Assembly (NCBI GenBank): GCA_963735315.1
Contig: CAVTKQ010000035.1
Location: forward strand, 20,150-84,149
Origin: an uncultured Actinomycetota bacterium
Lineage (GTDB): Bacteria; Actinomycetota; Actinomycetes; Streptosporangiales; Streptosporangiaceae
DNA: 64,000 nucleotides
Direction: 5' to 3'
Shown here: positions 12,076 through 23,978 of the stretch, in pieces
How positions within the stretch are numbered: position 1 is the first letter of the stretch
Layout of the letters: every line of letters starts with the position of its first letter
Notes under the pieces: model-generated
What the model saw: the letters and a program-made list of their open reading frames with translations, nothing else
What the model was told of the DNA's origin: nothing
Databases searched by the model: none
Translations under genes and position numbers: made by a program

Positions 12076-12840
12076 ATGACTAGCTTCGGCGAGGGATCGG
12101 CATACCCGATCCGCTCCGTCGACCGGGTATGCGACATCCTCGACACGCTGGCCAGCTCCCAGTCCGGCGTTACGCTGACCGCGGTCGCCGAGGCCGCCAG
12201 CCTGCCGAAGAGCTCCGCGTTCAGGTACCTGTCCGCCCTTGAGGCCCGGCACTACGTGGAGCGCGATCCGGAGTCGGCCACCTACCGGCTCGGCCCGGCC
12301 TTCCGGCCGCAGTACTCCCACCGCGTGTCGCGGCTGATCGAATTCGCCCGCCCGGAGCTTGAGCGGCTGCGCGACAGCCACGGCGAGTCCACCAACCTCG
12401 GCATCCTCGACGGCACGATGGTCGTGCACAGCGTGGTCTGCGAGAGCAGGCACACCATGCGGCTCGCGGCCCGCGTCGGCGACCGCGAGCACGTGCACAC
12501 CACCGCGCTCGGCAAGGCGATGTGCGCCCAGCTGCCAGCGGAACGGGTGCGGTCCATCCTCGACGCCGCCGGCATGCCCGCGCTGACAAGCGCGGCCATT
12601 ACCGATCCGGACGAGTTCGCGCGCGAGCTCGACCGGGTGCGGGGCCAGGGCTACGCCGTCGACGACGAGGAGAACCAGCCAGACGGCCGCTGCGTGGCCG
12701 TCTCGATCCCCCGCCTGCCGTTCCCCGCCGGGATCAGCGTCAGCGCCCCGGCGAGCCGGTTCCGTGCGTCCGACGTCGCGCCCACCGCGGCGCGGCTGCA
12801 CCGCATCGCCGCGGCCCTGTCCCGCCGGATGAAGGAGTGA
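12076..12840 (+). CDS. IclR-family transcriptional regulator
   Basis: SVDRVCDIL, LPKSSAFRYL HTH, HTTALGKA, GYAVDDEE. Confidence 0.95.
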   Translation: MTSFGEGSAYPIRSVDRVCDILDTLASSQSGVTLTAVAEAASLPKSSAFRYLSALEARHYVERDPESATYRLGPAFRPQYSHRVSRLIEFARPELERLRDSHGESTNLGILDGTMVVHSVVCESRHTMRLAARVGDREHVHTTALGKAMCAQLPAERVRSILDAAGMPALTSAAITDPDEFARELDRVRGQGYAVDDEENQPDGRCVAVSIPRLPFPAGISVSAPASRFRASDVAPTAARLHRIAAALSRRMKE

Positions 12841-12844
12841 GCCC

Positions 12845-14410
12845 GTGTTCGACCTGCTGATCCGGGGCGCGACGGTCATCGACGGCACCGGCGCGCCCCG
12901 GTCGGGCGCCGACGTCGGAGTGGCCGGCGGGCGTATCACCGCCATCGGCGCCATCCCCGCGGGTGTGCCCGCCGCCAGGGTCATCGAGGGAGCCGGGAGC
13001 GTCCTGGTCCCCGGCTTCATCGACATCCACACCCACTCGGACCTGTACCTGGTCGCCGACGGCCTCGGCGAGAGCAAGCTGGTCCAGGGGGTTACCACCG
13101 AAGTTACCGGCAACTGCTCATTCGCCCCCTTCCCCATCGCGCCCGAGCGGCTCGACCTGCACGCCGACCACCTCGCCCGGGCGACCGCTCGCGCCGCGCT
13201 GACCTGGACCGACCTCGCGGGCTACGCGCGGGCGCTGCAGGACGCCGGGCTCGGGATCAACGTCGCGCCGCTGGCCGGGCACGGCACCCTGCGCGTCGCC
13301 GCGCTGGGGGTGGAGCAGCGGCCCCCGGCCGCCGACGAGCTGGCCCGGATGGAGCGCGACCTCACCGTGGCCCTCGAGCAGGGCGCCTGGGGCATGAGCA
13401 CCGGGCTCACCCATGTCCCTTCCGCCTACGGCCCGTTCGAGGAGGTAGCCGCGCTGGCGGCGGTGCTCGCCAGGCACGATGCCCTGTACGCGACGCACGC
13501 CCGGGATACCACCGGCATCAGCGAGTCCGTCGAACTCGGCCTTGTGTCCGGCGTCCGCGTCGAGCACAGTCACATGGCCATCAACGACCCGGCCCGGTGG
13601 GGCGGCGCCGACGCGGAGCTGCGGCAGCTTGAGGAGGCCCGCGCCGCTGGTGTCGATATCGCGTGCGACGTGTACCCCTACGCCGCCTCGTCCTCCTCGC
13701 TGACCCAGCACCTGCCGCCGTGGGTCCAGGCCGGGGGCACCGCGGCCATGCGCGCGCGGCTCGCCGACCCGGCGGTCAGGGACCGCGCGCTGGCCGACAT
13801 GAGCCGCGGCTGGTTCACCGGGATCCCGTTCCTGTGGGACCGGTTCATGGTGTCCGACACGCCGGACGGCTACGGGGTAGCGCGGACCATCGAGGAGCTG
13901 GCGGCCGAGGCCGGCGCCGACCCGTACGACTTCACCCTCGGGTTGTGCGAGCGGTACGGCAACGACGTGCACGTGGTGATCTTCTACCGCGTGGAGCGCG
14001 ACGTTGAGGCCTTCCTCGCCCACCCGCTCGCGGTGGTCGGCTCCGACGGCAACGCGGTACCGCTGCACCAGCCGAAGACGCGGGCGCACCCGCGCTCGTT
14101 CGGAACGTTCCCCCGGGTGCTCGGCCGTTACGTCCGCGAGCGGGGCACGCTGTCCCTGGAAGATGCCGTCGCGAAGATGACCGGCGAGCCCCGCCGGCTC
14201 GGGCTCCCGGGCCGCGGGACGATCACGGTCGGCGCGGCGGCTGACCTCGTGCTGTTTGACCCGCTCGCGGTGGGCGACACGGCCGGGTTCGGCGTGGCGC
14301 CCACTCCCCCGGTGGGCATCGGCTTCGTCATCGTGAACGGGACCGTGATGGTGGAGGGGGGCACGGTCAGCCGGGAGCGGCCCGGCCGGGTCCTGCTGCG
14401 CGGCAACTGA
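12845..14410 (+). CDS. N-acyl-D-amino-acid deacylase family amidohydrolase
   Basis: PGFIDIHTHSD, QGVTTEVTGNC, DVYPY, HPRSFGTFPRVLG, ADLVLFDP. Confidence 0.92.
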   Translation: MFDLLIRGATVIDGTGAPRSGADVGVAGGRITAIGAIPAGVPAARVIEGAGSVLVPGFIDIHTHSDLYLVADGLGESKLVQGVTTEVTGNCSFAPFPIAPERLDLHADHLARATARAALTWTDLAGYARALQDAGLGINVAPLAGHGTLRVAALGVEQRPPAADELARMERDLTVALEQGAWGMSTGLTHVPSAYGPFEEVAALAAVLARHDALYATHARDTTGISESVELGLVSGVRVEHSHMAINDPARWGGADAELRQLEEARAAGVDIACDVYPYAASSSSLTQHLPPWVQAGGTAAMRARLADPAVRDRALADMSRGWFTGIPFLWDRFMVSDTPDGYGVARTIEELAAEAGADPYDFTLGLCERYGNDVHVVIFYRVERDVEAFLAHPLAVVGSDGNAVPLHQPKTRAHPRSFGTFPRVLGRYVRERGTLSLEDAVAKMTGEPRRLGLPGRGTITVGAAADLVLFDPLAVGDTAGFGVAPTPPVGIGFVIVNGTVMVEGGTVSRERPGRVLLRGN

Positions 14411-14433
14411 CCTCACGGCGTCCCGCCGGCGCT

Positions 14434-15207
14434 CACCAGAGGGTCCAGCCCCCGTCTACCACGATGTTCTGCCCGGTGACGAACGTCGAGTCGGGCGAAA
14501 CCAGGAAGAGCAGCGCCGACGCCAGCTCGCGCACTTCCCCGGTCCTGCCCTCGGGGGTGAACTGGCGCAGCCAGGCGCAGCGACTCCTCGGGGCTTCGGC
14601 CCGCGTTCGCCTCGGTGAACGGGAACATGCCGGGGCTGATGGCGTTGACCGTCACGCCGGTGCCGCCGGTCCTGACGGCGAGGTACTTCGAGAGGCCGAG
14701 CAGCGCGTGCTTGCTCGTCACGTACGCGCAGTTGTCCCACTCGAAGTCCGGGTACATGTACGGGTTGCCGGTGACCAGGCCGTACACCGACGCGATGTTG
14801 ACCACCCGGCCCCAGCCGCGGTCGACCATCGGGGGCACGAGCAGCTGCGACAGCCGGAACGGCGCGTCCAGGTTGACCGCCATGACGTCGTGCCAGTCAT
14901 CCGGCGTGACCTCGGTCCACGGGCCGATCTGCCCGTAGCCGGCGTTGTTGACGAGGATGTCGAACGGGCCGCGGCCGGCGATCCGCCCCAGGTCGTCCGC
15001 ACTGGTGACGTCGGCGGCCACGGCCGTGACCGCACCGCCGAGCGCGGCGATCTCCGCGGCGGCCTCGTCAAGCGGCGGCAGGCGGCGGCCGCAGATGACG
15101 ACGTCCGCGCCCGCCAGCGCCAGCGTCTCGGCGAGCTGTCGCCCTATCCCGGTCCCGCCGCCGGTCACCAGCGCCCGGCGGCCGGACAGGTCCGGCGCCG
15201 GGCTCAT
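14434..15207 (-). CDS. SDR oxidoreductase (frameshift near 3' end)
   Basis: TGGGTGIG, LVNNAG, YVTSK; other frame supplies VTGQNIVVDGGW. Confidence 0.9.
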
Positions 15208-15240
15208 GCTGCCCGCCTGGAAGAGGTCATGCTCACTCCC

Positions 15241-16475
15241 CTAGAAGTAGGTGTCGATCGTGTCGAGCACGCGGTAGCCGTCGTCCACCAGGGCGATCCT
15301 GCGCCACTTGTCGAAGGCGGTGCAGGGGTGGATGATGCCGCAGCCAAGCAGGTCGCCGACGGCTAGCTCAGTGCCTGGAGCCACGCGCAGGTAGGCGTGC
15401 TGGTCGTTCATCGCCGTAACGGTCACGCCCGCGCACGGCCCGGCCGGGCCGCCGCCGGCCGGCGGCGGGCGAACGGGACGGGGAAACCCGCGTCGTACGG
15501 GGCGTCCCGCTTGCCGAGCGCGGCGAGCGCCAGCCCGGGCTCAGGGACGCTGACCACCTCGCACCAGGCCTCGAGCGCGGGCCGCAGCTCCGTCCGGCCG
15601 TCGGCCCCCGCGAGCGGCGGCCCTGCGTAGTCGGCGTGGTCGGCGTGGTCGGCGTGGTCGTGGAAGGCGTAGCAGCCGCTGCGCAGCACCACGCGGTGCG
15701 GCCGGGACAGGGTAACGGCGCTCAGCGCCGCGGCGACCCGGTCGAAGTACTCGCTGCCCCCGGCGGTCAGCACCGGCTCCATCTCCTCGGCGAGCAGCCC
15801 GAGCCGGTCGAGGCGGACCGCCAGGTCACCGACGCGCCCAAGGAACTCATCTACCCGCCGCAGCGCGTCGGCCGACCGGCCGCCGGGCAGGATGCCCTCG
15901 AACGCCTCGACGCCGGCCAGGCGCAGCTCAGGCCGCCGCCCGATGGCCCGGGCCACCGCCTCGGCCTGCCCGGGGGTGCGGCAGCCGGTCCGGCCACCGG
16001 GGATGCCCAGCTCAACCAGGACAGGCAGCCGGGCGGCGTTGCCGCTGTCGCGCCACCCGTCAGCGAGCAGGCCGACGCCGGCCGCGGAATCCGCGATGCA
16101 GTACGCCGCCTGCCCCGGCCGTCCGGCCAGGGCCGTGCCGAGCCAGCGCGCCGCCGCCGGGTTGACAAGCTCGTTGGCGAGCAGCACGACCGGCGCGCCG
16201 GCCTCCAGGCACACCCGCAGCTGGCCGACGCTCGCGACCGTGACGCCCCACGCCCCCGCGTCCAGCTGCCTGCGGATGACGGCAGGCGCCATCGTCGTCT
16301 TGGCGTGCGGGGCGATCGACACGCCCCGGGCCTGGCAGAACTCGCGCATCGCGGCGAGGTTGTGCTCGAACTCGGCCTGCTTGAGCACCAGCTGGGGATA
16401 CTCCACGTCGCCGTCAAGCACGCAGGTGCCCGGCGCGCTGCCCGCGTCCGGTCCCGAGCGGAAGGCAAAGCTCAC
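15241..16475 (-). CDS. Fold-type III PLP enzyme, D-serine dehydratase / D-amino-acid deaminase (DSD1-like; frameshifted)
   Basis: APHAKTTM, GRTGCR, LRSGCY, GKRDAPYD, NDQHAY, HPCTAFDKW. Confidence 0.88.
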
Positions 16476-16491
16476 TGACCTCGCTCCTTCG

Positions 16492-17313
16492 CTAGTAGTG
16501 GATCCAGCCGCCGTCGACGGTGATCACCTGGCCGGTGACGAAGTCGCTGTCGCGCGAGGCCAGGAAGGTGAAGGTGCCCGCCAGGTCCTGGGCGTACCCG
16601 CGGCGCGGTATGGACTGCAGGGCGGCCTGCCTGGCGGCGATCGCGTCGGGGCCTTCCGCGGACAGCTCGTCCTCGGACTCGGTCCTGATCGCGCCGGGCA
16701 TCACCGCGTTGACGCAGATGCCGTCAGGCCCGACCTCGCGGGCGAGCGAGCGGGTGAACCCGATCAGCGCCGCCTTGGAGGTTACGTAGTGCAGCGCCCG
16801 CGGGGCACCGAGCTGCACCATCACGCTGGAGACGGTGATGATCTTGCCGTGGCCGGCGCGCTTCATACCGGGATGGACCGCCTGGGCGCACAGCAGCGCG
16901 CCGGTCACGTTCACCGCCATGATGTGATTCCACTGCGCCACGCTGATCTCGGTCCACGGCTGCCTGGTGGACGCGGCGGCGTTCGCCACCAGGATGGTGA
17001 CCGGGCCGAGCGCGGCCTGTGCTTGCCGGGCAAGGCGGGCGACGTCCGCCTCGCCGCTGACATCTGCCTCAATGGCAACGGCGCCGTTCCCCGCGGCGGC
17101 GAGTTCCTCGGCCAGCTCGTGCGCCCCGGCCCGGGCCGGGGCGGATCCTGGCGGGTAGTTAACGGCGACGGCGGCCCCGGCCGCGGCGTAGGCGCGGCAG
17201 ACCGCCGCGCCGATCCCCCGCCAGCCGCCGGTGACGAGGGCGGTCTCGCCGGCCAGGCGCCCGCCGTCGGGCCGCCCGCCGTCGGGGCGCCCCCCGGCCA
17301 CCGCCTCAGGCAT
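16492..17313 (-). CDS. SDR oxidoreductase
   Basis: TGGWRGIG, YVTSKAAL, VTGQVITVDGGW. Confidence 0.92.
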   Translation of the reverse strand: MPEAVAGGRPDGGRPDGGRLAGETALVTGGWRGIGAAVCRAYAAAGAAVAVNYPPGSAPARAGAHELAEELAAAGNGAVAIEADVSGEADVARLARQAQAALGPVTILVANAAASTRQPWTEISVAQWNHIMAVNVTGALLCAQAVHPGMKRAGHGKIITVSSVMVQLGAPRALHYVTSKAALIGFTRSLAREVGPDGICVNAVMPGAIRTESEDELSAEGPDAIAARQAALQSIPRRGYAQDLAGTFTFLASRDSDFVTGQVITVDGGWIHY

Positions 17314-18431
17314 CGGTCTCGTCGAAGACGATCACACCGCGCAGGTCCCGGCCGTTAGCGAGGTTATCGAACGCCTCGTTGATCTCCTCCGGACGGTAGA
17401 CCCGGCTGACGATCGCGTCGAGCGCGAACCGGCCCGCCTGGTAGAGGTCGATGAACATCGGGAAGTCGACCGGCGGGTTGCAGGAGCCGTAGGAGCAGCC
17501 GAGGAGGGACTTCTCCTGGGCGCGCAGCGCGTGCGGGTCGATCGAGAGCATCGCGCCCGTCGGTGGCGCGCCGACGATCACGCACTTGCCGCCCGGGCCG
17601 AGCGCGGCGACGCCCTGCTCGATGGCGAGCGTGGCACCGACCGCCACGATCACGGCATCCGCGCCGCCGTCCGTGACGGCGGCGATCGCGCCCGCCACAT
17701 CGGGCCGGCGCTGCGGATGACGTGGGAGGCACCGAGCTGGCGGGCGGCATCCAGCTTGAGCTGGACCGGGTCGACGGCGATGACCTGGCTCGCGCCGGCC
17801 AGGTAGGCGGCGTGCACCGCGTTCAGGCCCACGCCGCCGCAGCCGATGACGGCCACCGTCTGGCCCGCCTGGACGGCGGCGGTCCGCAGCACGGCACCCG
17901 CCCCGGTGGTGGTCGCGCAGCCAACCAGCGCCGCCTGGGTCAGCGGCACGTCGTCGCGGATCTTCACGGCCCCGCTGGCCGGCACGACCACGTACGGGCT
18001 GAAGGTGGCCGGACCGAAGTGGAACACCGGCTCGCTTCCGGCGTGGAAGGCCGTCTTCTCTCCAGGCAGGTACCCGAAGGTGGGCTTGTCGCGGCAGCGG
18101 CCGGCTTCCCGCGCAGGCATTCCCGGCAGCCGCCGCAGCTCGGCGCCCAGGACAGCACCACGTGGTCACCAGGGGCCAGGCCGGTGACGCCCTGGCCCGC
18201 CTCGGCTACCACGCCCGCCCCCTCGTCGCCGAGGATGATCGGCAGCGGCGTGCCCTCCAGCGAGCCGTCGATGGAGTGGAGGCAGCTGTGGCACACCCCG
18301 CCCGCCGCCATCCGCACCAGCACCTCGCCCGGTCCTGGCGGTGCCACGGTGATCTCCTCCATCGCCATCGGCGTGCCGACGGCGCGGAAGACGGGGGCCT
18401 TGACGGTGCGGCCAGCAGCCAGGTCGTTCAT
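17306..18431 (-). CDS. Zn-dependent alcohol dehydrogenase (frameshifted)
   Basis: GVCHS, LGDEGAG, CGGCREC...C, GCGGVGLN, INEAFDNL. Confidence 0.88.
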
Positions 18432-18444
18432 GGGCGGGTTCCTC

Positions 18445-19240
18445 TCAGTTGGATGCGGCCAGCCGTCCGCCGGGACCGGAAACAGCGCCGGAGGCGACCG
18501 CGACGAGCGAGCGGCTGTACGGGTCGCTCGGGCCGGCGAAGAACTGGGCCGCGCCGGCGTACTCGCATACCCGCCCGGCCCGGAGCACCAGCACGTGGTC
18601 GGCGACGACCTGCGCGACCGCCAGGTCGTGGGTGACGAAGACACAGGTGAAACCGATATCCTGCTGCAGCTCGCGCAGCAGGTTGAGGATCTGCGCCTGC
18701 ACGGACACGTCCAGCGCCGAGGTGGGCTCGTCGCAGAGCAGCACCCTGGCCCGGGCGACGAGCGACCGGGCGATGGCCACTCGCTGCAGCTGGCCGCCGC
18801 TTCAGCCGGCCGGGCCTGTCGCCAAGCCGTTCGGGCCCGATACCCACCTTCGCGAGCATTTCGGCCGCGACCGCCCGGCGAGCGCCGCGGCGCAGGTGGT
18901 GCAGCGGCTCGGCCGCGGACTTCCAGATCCTGCGGTGCGGGTTGAGCGAGCCCGCCGGGTCCTGGAAGACCAGCTGAACGTCGCCGACGTGGCCCGGTCG
19001 CAGCCGCGCGGCGCCGCCGCCGACCGTCACGCTGCCGCTCGTCGGCGCCTCCAGGCCGGTGATCAGCCGGGTGAGCGTCGACTTGCCTGACCCGCTCTCC
19101 CCGATGACCGCCAGCGTCTGCCCGGCCCTGACCTCGAAGCTGACGCCGTCGAGCGCCCGCACCTGCTGGTGCCCGGACCGGTAGACCTTGGTCAGTTCCC
19201 GGGCGGCGATCACGACCTCGCCCGGCTCGGCACCCGTCAT
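18445..19240 (-). CDS. Peptide/nickel ABC ATPase, DppF-like (frameshifted)
   Basis: GESGSGKST, FQDPAGSLNP, CDEPTSALDVSVQAQIL. Confidence 0.9.
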
Positions 19241-20294
19241 GACGCGCCCGCCCCGCCTTCACCCGTGAGACCGGGGGCTTCCGTGAGCCCGGGGGCCTGC
19301 GTGAGATGGCGGGCCTCCGCGACATGGCAGGCCACCCGCGATCCGCCCAGCGTCCGCAGTTCCGGTGCCTCCGTCCGGCACCGGTCGATGACCAGCGGGC
19401 AGCGGGCCGCGAACCGGCAGCCGGCCAGGGGCAGCAGCGGCGACGGGACGCTGCCGGGGATGCTGAGCAGCGCGCGCTTGCCCTCGCTGCCCAGCCGGGG
19501 CGTGCAGGCGATCAGCGCCCGCGTGTACGGGTGACGGGGCCGAGCGGTCAGCTCCCCCGCCGGGCCGACCTCCACGACCCGCCCGCTGTAAAGGACGATG
19601 AGCTGCTGGCTGAACTCGGCCGCAAGCAACAAGTCGTGGCTGATCATGACCAGCGCCGCGCCCCGGCGGAGGGCGAACTCGCGCAGCAGGCTGAGCACCC
19701 GGACCCGGAGCATGGCATCGAGCGCGGAGGTCGGTTCGTCCGCGAGCACGACACCCGGGTCGGGCATGACGGCGGTGGCGATCGCGACGCGCTGGGCCAT
19801 GCCGCCCGACAACTGCCCGGGGAACAGCCGCTGCAGTTCCTCCGGCCGCTCGAAGCCCATCTGCCGCAGCAGGGTGGCGGCCTGTGCCCCGGCCGCCCGC
19901 TTACTCATCAGCCCGCGGCGCAGCACACCCTCGGTGACCTGCCTGCCGACCGGCCGCAGCTGGTCAAACGCCTGGAACGGGTTCTGCAGTACGACCCCGA
20001 CGTGCCAGGCCGAGCTGGGCGCGCAACTCGGCCGCCGTGCGCAGCGGCCGGCCGGCGTCGCCGACGAAGACCTCGCCGGCCATCTCGAACCCGGCAGGCA
20101 GCAGGCCCATCAGCGAACGGAGCAGCAGCGTCTTGCCCGCCCCGGTCTCGCCGACGATGCTGACCGCGGCCCCGGCGGGCACCTCGAACGACACCGGGCC
20201 GATCAGGGGCACGCCGTCGCGGCTGATGACAAGGCCGGCCACCCGCAGCGGCGGGCGCGGACGGCCCGGCGGCAGGCTCAGTCACCGCGGTCAA
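19237..20294 (-). CDS. Peptide/nickel ABC ATPase, DppD-like (frameshifted)
   Basis: GETGAGKT, LSGGMAQRV, DEPTSALD, HPYTRAL, GCRFAARC. Confidence 0.9.
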
Positions 20295-21181
20295 CGGATG
20301 CCTCCGCCCGCGCCCGTCGCGAACAGGTCCCTGATGCCGTCACCGGTCAGGTTGAACGCGACCACGAGCAGGGCGAGGGCGATGCCGGGGAAGGTAGCGA
20401 CCCACCACGCCTGCGCCAGCACTTCCTTACCTTGCGACATCAGGAATCCCAGGCTGACGTAGGGCGGCTGGAGGCCGAGGCCGAGGAAGCTCAGGCCCGC
20501 CTCCCACAGCAGCGCGATGCCGGCCTGCAGCGACCCGAGAACCGCGATCTCCGTCGTCAGGCCGGGTAGCAGGTGCAGCACGGCGATCGCGGTGCGGCGC
20601 ACGGCCAGCCGCGCCGCCGCGACGTACCCGCGCTCGCGGAGCACGAGCGTCTGCGCCCGGCACAGCCGGGCGTACGGCACCCATCCGACGATCGCGATGA
20701 GGATCACCAGCGTGACCAGGTTGTTGGCCAGGATCGCCGAGGCCGCGATGAACAGCGGCAGCGGCGGGATGGACAGCTGGATGTCGGCCAGCCTCATCAG
20801 TACCATGTCCAGCCAGCCGCCAAGGTAGCCCGCCGCGACGCCGACGGCCGTGCCGAACGCGGCCGACAGCGCCACCACCAGCAGCGCGACCTCGAAAGAC
20901 GTTCTGATGCCGCCGGCCACCCAGGCGAGCACGTCACGCCCGAGCGCGTCGGTGCCGAGGAGGTGATCCACCGGACCGGGCCCGGCGAGCGCGTGGTTCA
21001 GGTCCTGGGCGGCCGGGTCCGGCGCGGCGAGGGTGACGACAACGCTGAAGACGAGCAGCGCGCCGAGCAGCGTCAGCCCGGCGGTGAGCGAGCCGCTGCC
21101 GAGCCACGGCCGGGCACCGCGGCGGGTACCGGTCCGCCTCTCCTGCGTAAGGCTGGCCTGCGGCAGGTTCATCGCGCTCAA
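20291..21181 (-). CDS. Peptide ABC permease, DppC-like
   Basis: HLLGTDALGRDV, EAGLSFLGLG, NLTGDGIRD. Confidence 0.92.
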   Translation of the reverse strand: MSAMNLPQASLTQERRTGTRRGARPWLGSGSLTAGLTLLGALLVFSVVVTLAAPDPAAQDLNHALAGPGPVDHLLGTDALGRDVLAWVAGGIRTSFEVALLVVALSAAFGTAVGVAAGYLGGWLDMVLMRLADIQLSIPPLPLFIAASAILANNLVTLVILIAIVGWVPYARLCRAQTLVLRERGYVAAARLAVRRTAIAVLHLLPGLTTEIAVLGSLQAGIALLWEAGLSFLGLGLQPPYVSLGFLMSQGKEVLAQAWWVATFPGIALALLVVAFNLTGDGIRDLFATGAGGGIR

Positions 21182-22236
21182 CGGCCGCTCACCCGCTCCC
21201 GTCCGATTCGAGGGTCAAGCCAGATCACGGCCAGGTCGGCGGCCAGGTTGAGCAGCGTGAACGCGACGGCCACCAGGACCACCGTCGCCTGCACGATGGC
21301 CAGGTCCCTGGCCTGGACCGCGCCGATCAGCATGGTGCCGATGCCGGGCCAGGCGAAGATCGTCTCGACGATCACCGTGCCGCCGACGAGCCACCCGGCC
21401 TGGAGTGCCACGTAGGACACGAAGATCACCATCGCGTTGCGCATCGCGTGGTGGAAGACGATCTCGCGATGGGTCAGGCCGCGGGCACGCAGCGCCAGTG
21501 CGATGTCCGACCCGGTGAAGTCGAGCATGCTGGCGCGCAGCAGCCGGCTGAAGGAGGCCAGCATCGGCAGCGTCAGCGCGACGCACGGCATGATCAGCGA
21601 GCTGAAGCTGGTGTAGCCGAGGCTCGGCAGCCAGTGCAGCCGGACCGACAGCACCAGGACGAGCACCAGCGCGATCCAGAAATCGGGGATGCCCTGCAGC
21701 GCCGACAGCAGCGGCCGCCACAGCCGGTCGCTCCAGCCGCCCTGGCGCAGCACGCTGGCGCTGGCCACGGCGACCGAGATGATAACCGCCGCCGCGAGGC
21801 TGACGCCGATCAGGGTCAGCGTGTTCGGCAGCGCGGACAGCACCGCGCTCAGCGCGCTCGTGCCGTACCTGAAGGACGTGCCGAAATTACCCTGGACCGC
21901 GTGAGCCAGGTAGGAGACGTACTGGACGCCAAGCGGCCGGTCGTACCCGAGCTGGTGGGAAAGCGCGCGGACCTGATCGGGCGGCAGCTGACCGCCGGCC
22001 AGCACGGTCGCGGGGTTGCCGGTGAGGTGGATCAGGATGAAGCTCGCGGTGAGCGCGCCGAACAGGACGAGCACGCCCTGGCCGACGCGCGCCGCCACGT
22101 AGCGCGCGACGCCCGGCCAGCGGGACGTCTCGCTGAGGGTCACGGGCGCGTCCGGCGCCAGCGCGTCGTCCAGCGGCGACGGCGCGGCCCGGCTGCCCTG
22201 AACGCCGGTCTCGGCTTCGATAGCCTGTCCTCCCAT
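21178..22236 (-). CDS. Peptide ABC permease, DppB-like
   Basis: LGYDRPLGVQY, GNFGTSF, VETIFAWPGIG, LDPRI. Confidence 0.92.
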   Translation of the reverse strand: MGGQAIEAETGVQGSRAAPSPLDDALAPDAPVTLSETSRWPGVARYVAARVGQGVLVLFGALTASFILIHLTGNPATVLAGGQLPPDQVRALSHQLGYDRPLGVQYVSYLAHAVQGNFGTSFRYGTSALSAVLSALPNTLTLIGVSLAAAVIISVAVASASVLRQGGWSDRLWRPLLSALQGIPDFWIALVLVLVLSVRLHWLPSLGYTSFSSLIMPCVALTLPMLASFSRLLRASMLDFTGSDIALALRARGLTHREIVFHHAMRNAMVIFVSYVALQAGWLVGGTVIVETIFAWPGIGTMLIGAVQARDLAIVQATVVLVAVAFTLLNLAADLAVIWLDPRIGRERVSGR

Positions 22237-22342
22237 CGGCGAGTGATCGTTCAGCCGGCGCTGGCGAAGGCGCGGCGGTCAGCGTCCGCTGTGCCGCCGC
22301 GCCTGTGCCTGGCGAGACGCCGGCCGGGTCCCGCGGTGCGGC

Positions 22343-23924
22343 TCACTGCTTCGCAGCGCGGGCGAAGACGGGCTGATAGGTGTCCTTGGGCGTGGCGTAG
22401 CCGGTGACCTTGCTGCTGAACGCGTCGGTGTCGATCGCGTAGTACAGCGGCAGGTGCGGCAGCTCGGTCATGAACAGGTTCTGCGCGTCGCTCAGCGCCT
22501 GCAGCCGCTGCGGGCCGTCGGCGGTGGTGTTCGCCTTGTTGATCAGCGATTGCAGCGCCGCGCCCTTGTACTGCGGGTGGTTGATGACGTTGAGCGTGTC
22601 GAAGTGGAAGGGGCCGCCGTTGACCCAGCCGTAGGTGATGATGAACAACTGGTGCTTGGGGTTCTTCGAGATCAGGTCGTTGACCAGGACGCCGGATTCC
22701 TGGATGTCGAAGTGGACCTTGACGCCCGCCTCCGCCAGCTGCGCGACCATGGCCTGGCCGAGCAGGGCGTAGGGCTGACCGCCGGACAGGTTGAGCGAGA
22801 TGCCGTTCGGGTCAGCCGGCCTCCTTGAGCAGCTGGCGCGCCTTGGCCGGGTCATAGGAGTACGCGGTGGTCGGCGTGACGTGCCCGTAGCAGCCGGCCG
22901 GGATCGGGGAGGGGGCGACCACGCCCTGGCTGAGCAGCACGTTCTTCACCAGGGCGGCCCGGTCGATCCCGTACGCGACGGCCTGGCGGACCCGGGGATC
23001 CTTGGTGACGGGCTGGTCGCAGCGGAAGGTGAGGTTCAGCTCCAGCCAGGTCGACGCCGGGCTGGTCTGCAGGCCGGACGCGGACTTCAGGCTCGGCAGG
23101 TCATGGGCGTCGACCTGCATGATGAGGTCCAGCGAGCTTGACTCCAGTCCGCTGACGCGGGCCGTCTCATCGGTGACGATCGGCAGTACCAGGCCGTCCA
23201 GGCGCGGTCCGGGCTTGCCCCAGTAGTCCTTGTTGGCGGTCAGGGTGATCTTCTGGCCCTTGGCCCAGCTTCCCCACCCGAACGCGCCCGTCCCCACGGC
23301 CTTGGACGACGCCTGCTTAGCCGTCAGCAGCTTGGGCGAGATCACCTTGACGAATGCCTGGTTCCTGGCGAAGTCCGGGTTGGAGGCGGAGAACACGAGG
23401 TTGAGCGTCAGCGGGTCGCTGTCGTCGATGGTCTTGAGGTTCGCGAACAGCGCGCCCCATGCGTTCGGCAGGTACTCCTGGATCGACCGCTTGACCGCCG
23501 TGGAATTGAACGGCGTGCCGTCCTGGAACTTGACGTCCGGGCGCAGCTTGAACGCCCAGTTGGTGGCGTCCGCGTTGGACGTCCAGGACAGCGCGAGCGC
23601 GGGCTCAAGCTCGCTGTAGGAGGCATTCCACTGGGTGAGCCCGTCGTACACGCTGCGCACCACCGAGTACTCGGTCAGCTCAAGCGCGTCGGCCGGGTTG
23701 ATGAAGTTCGGCTCGCCCGAGATCGCTGCTTGCAGGATCCCGCCCTGGGCCGACCCGGTGCTGGCCGCGGACCCGGCCGCGGACCCGGCCGGGGCCGGGG
23801 TGCTGCTCGGCCCGCAGGCGGCGAGCAGGCTGCCGCCGCCAAGGGCGACCGCGCCAACGCCGATGCCTCTGAGCAGGTCACGGCGGGCGAGAGGCCGTCC
23901 GCCTGAGCTCGTACTGTTCTCCAA
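22343..23924 (-). CDS. Family 5 ABC substrate-binding lipoprotein, Tat-type signal (frameshifted)
   Basis: ARRDLL, LLAAC, FKLRPDVKFQDGTPFN, GTGAF, VRQAVAYGIDR, YDPAKARQLL. Confidence 0.9.
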
Positions 23925-23978
23925 CTTGTCTCCCGTGTGTCTTCCCGTCCCGCTACGCTGCGGTCCTCCCGAGCATGA

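Noticed and set aside
15630-15662. 9-bp repeat encoding DHADHADHAD
   Set aside because: Short in-frame slippage repeat with no evidence of function
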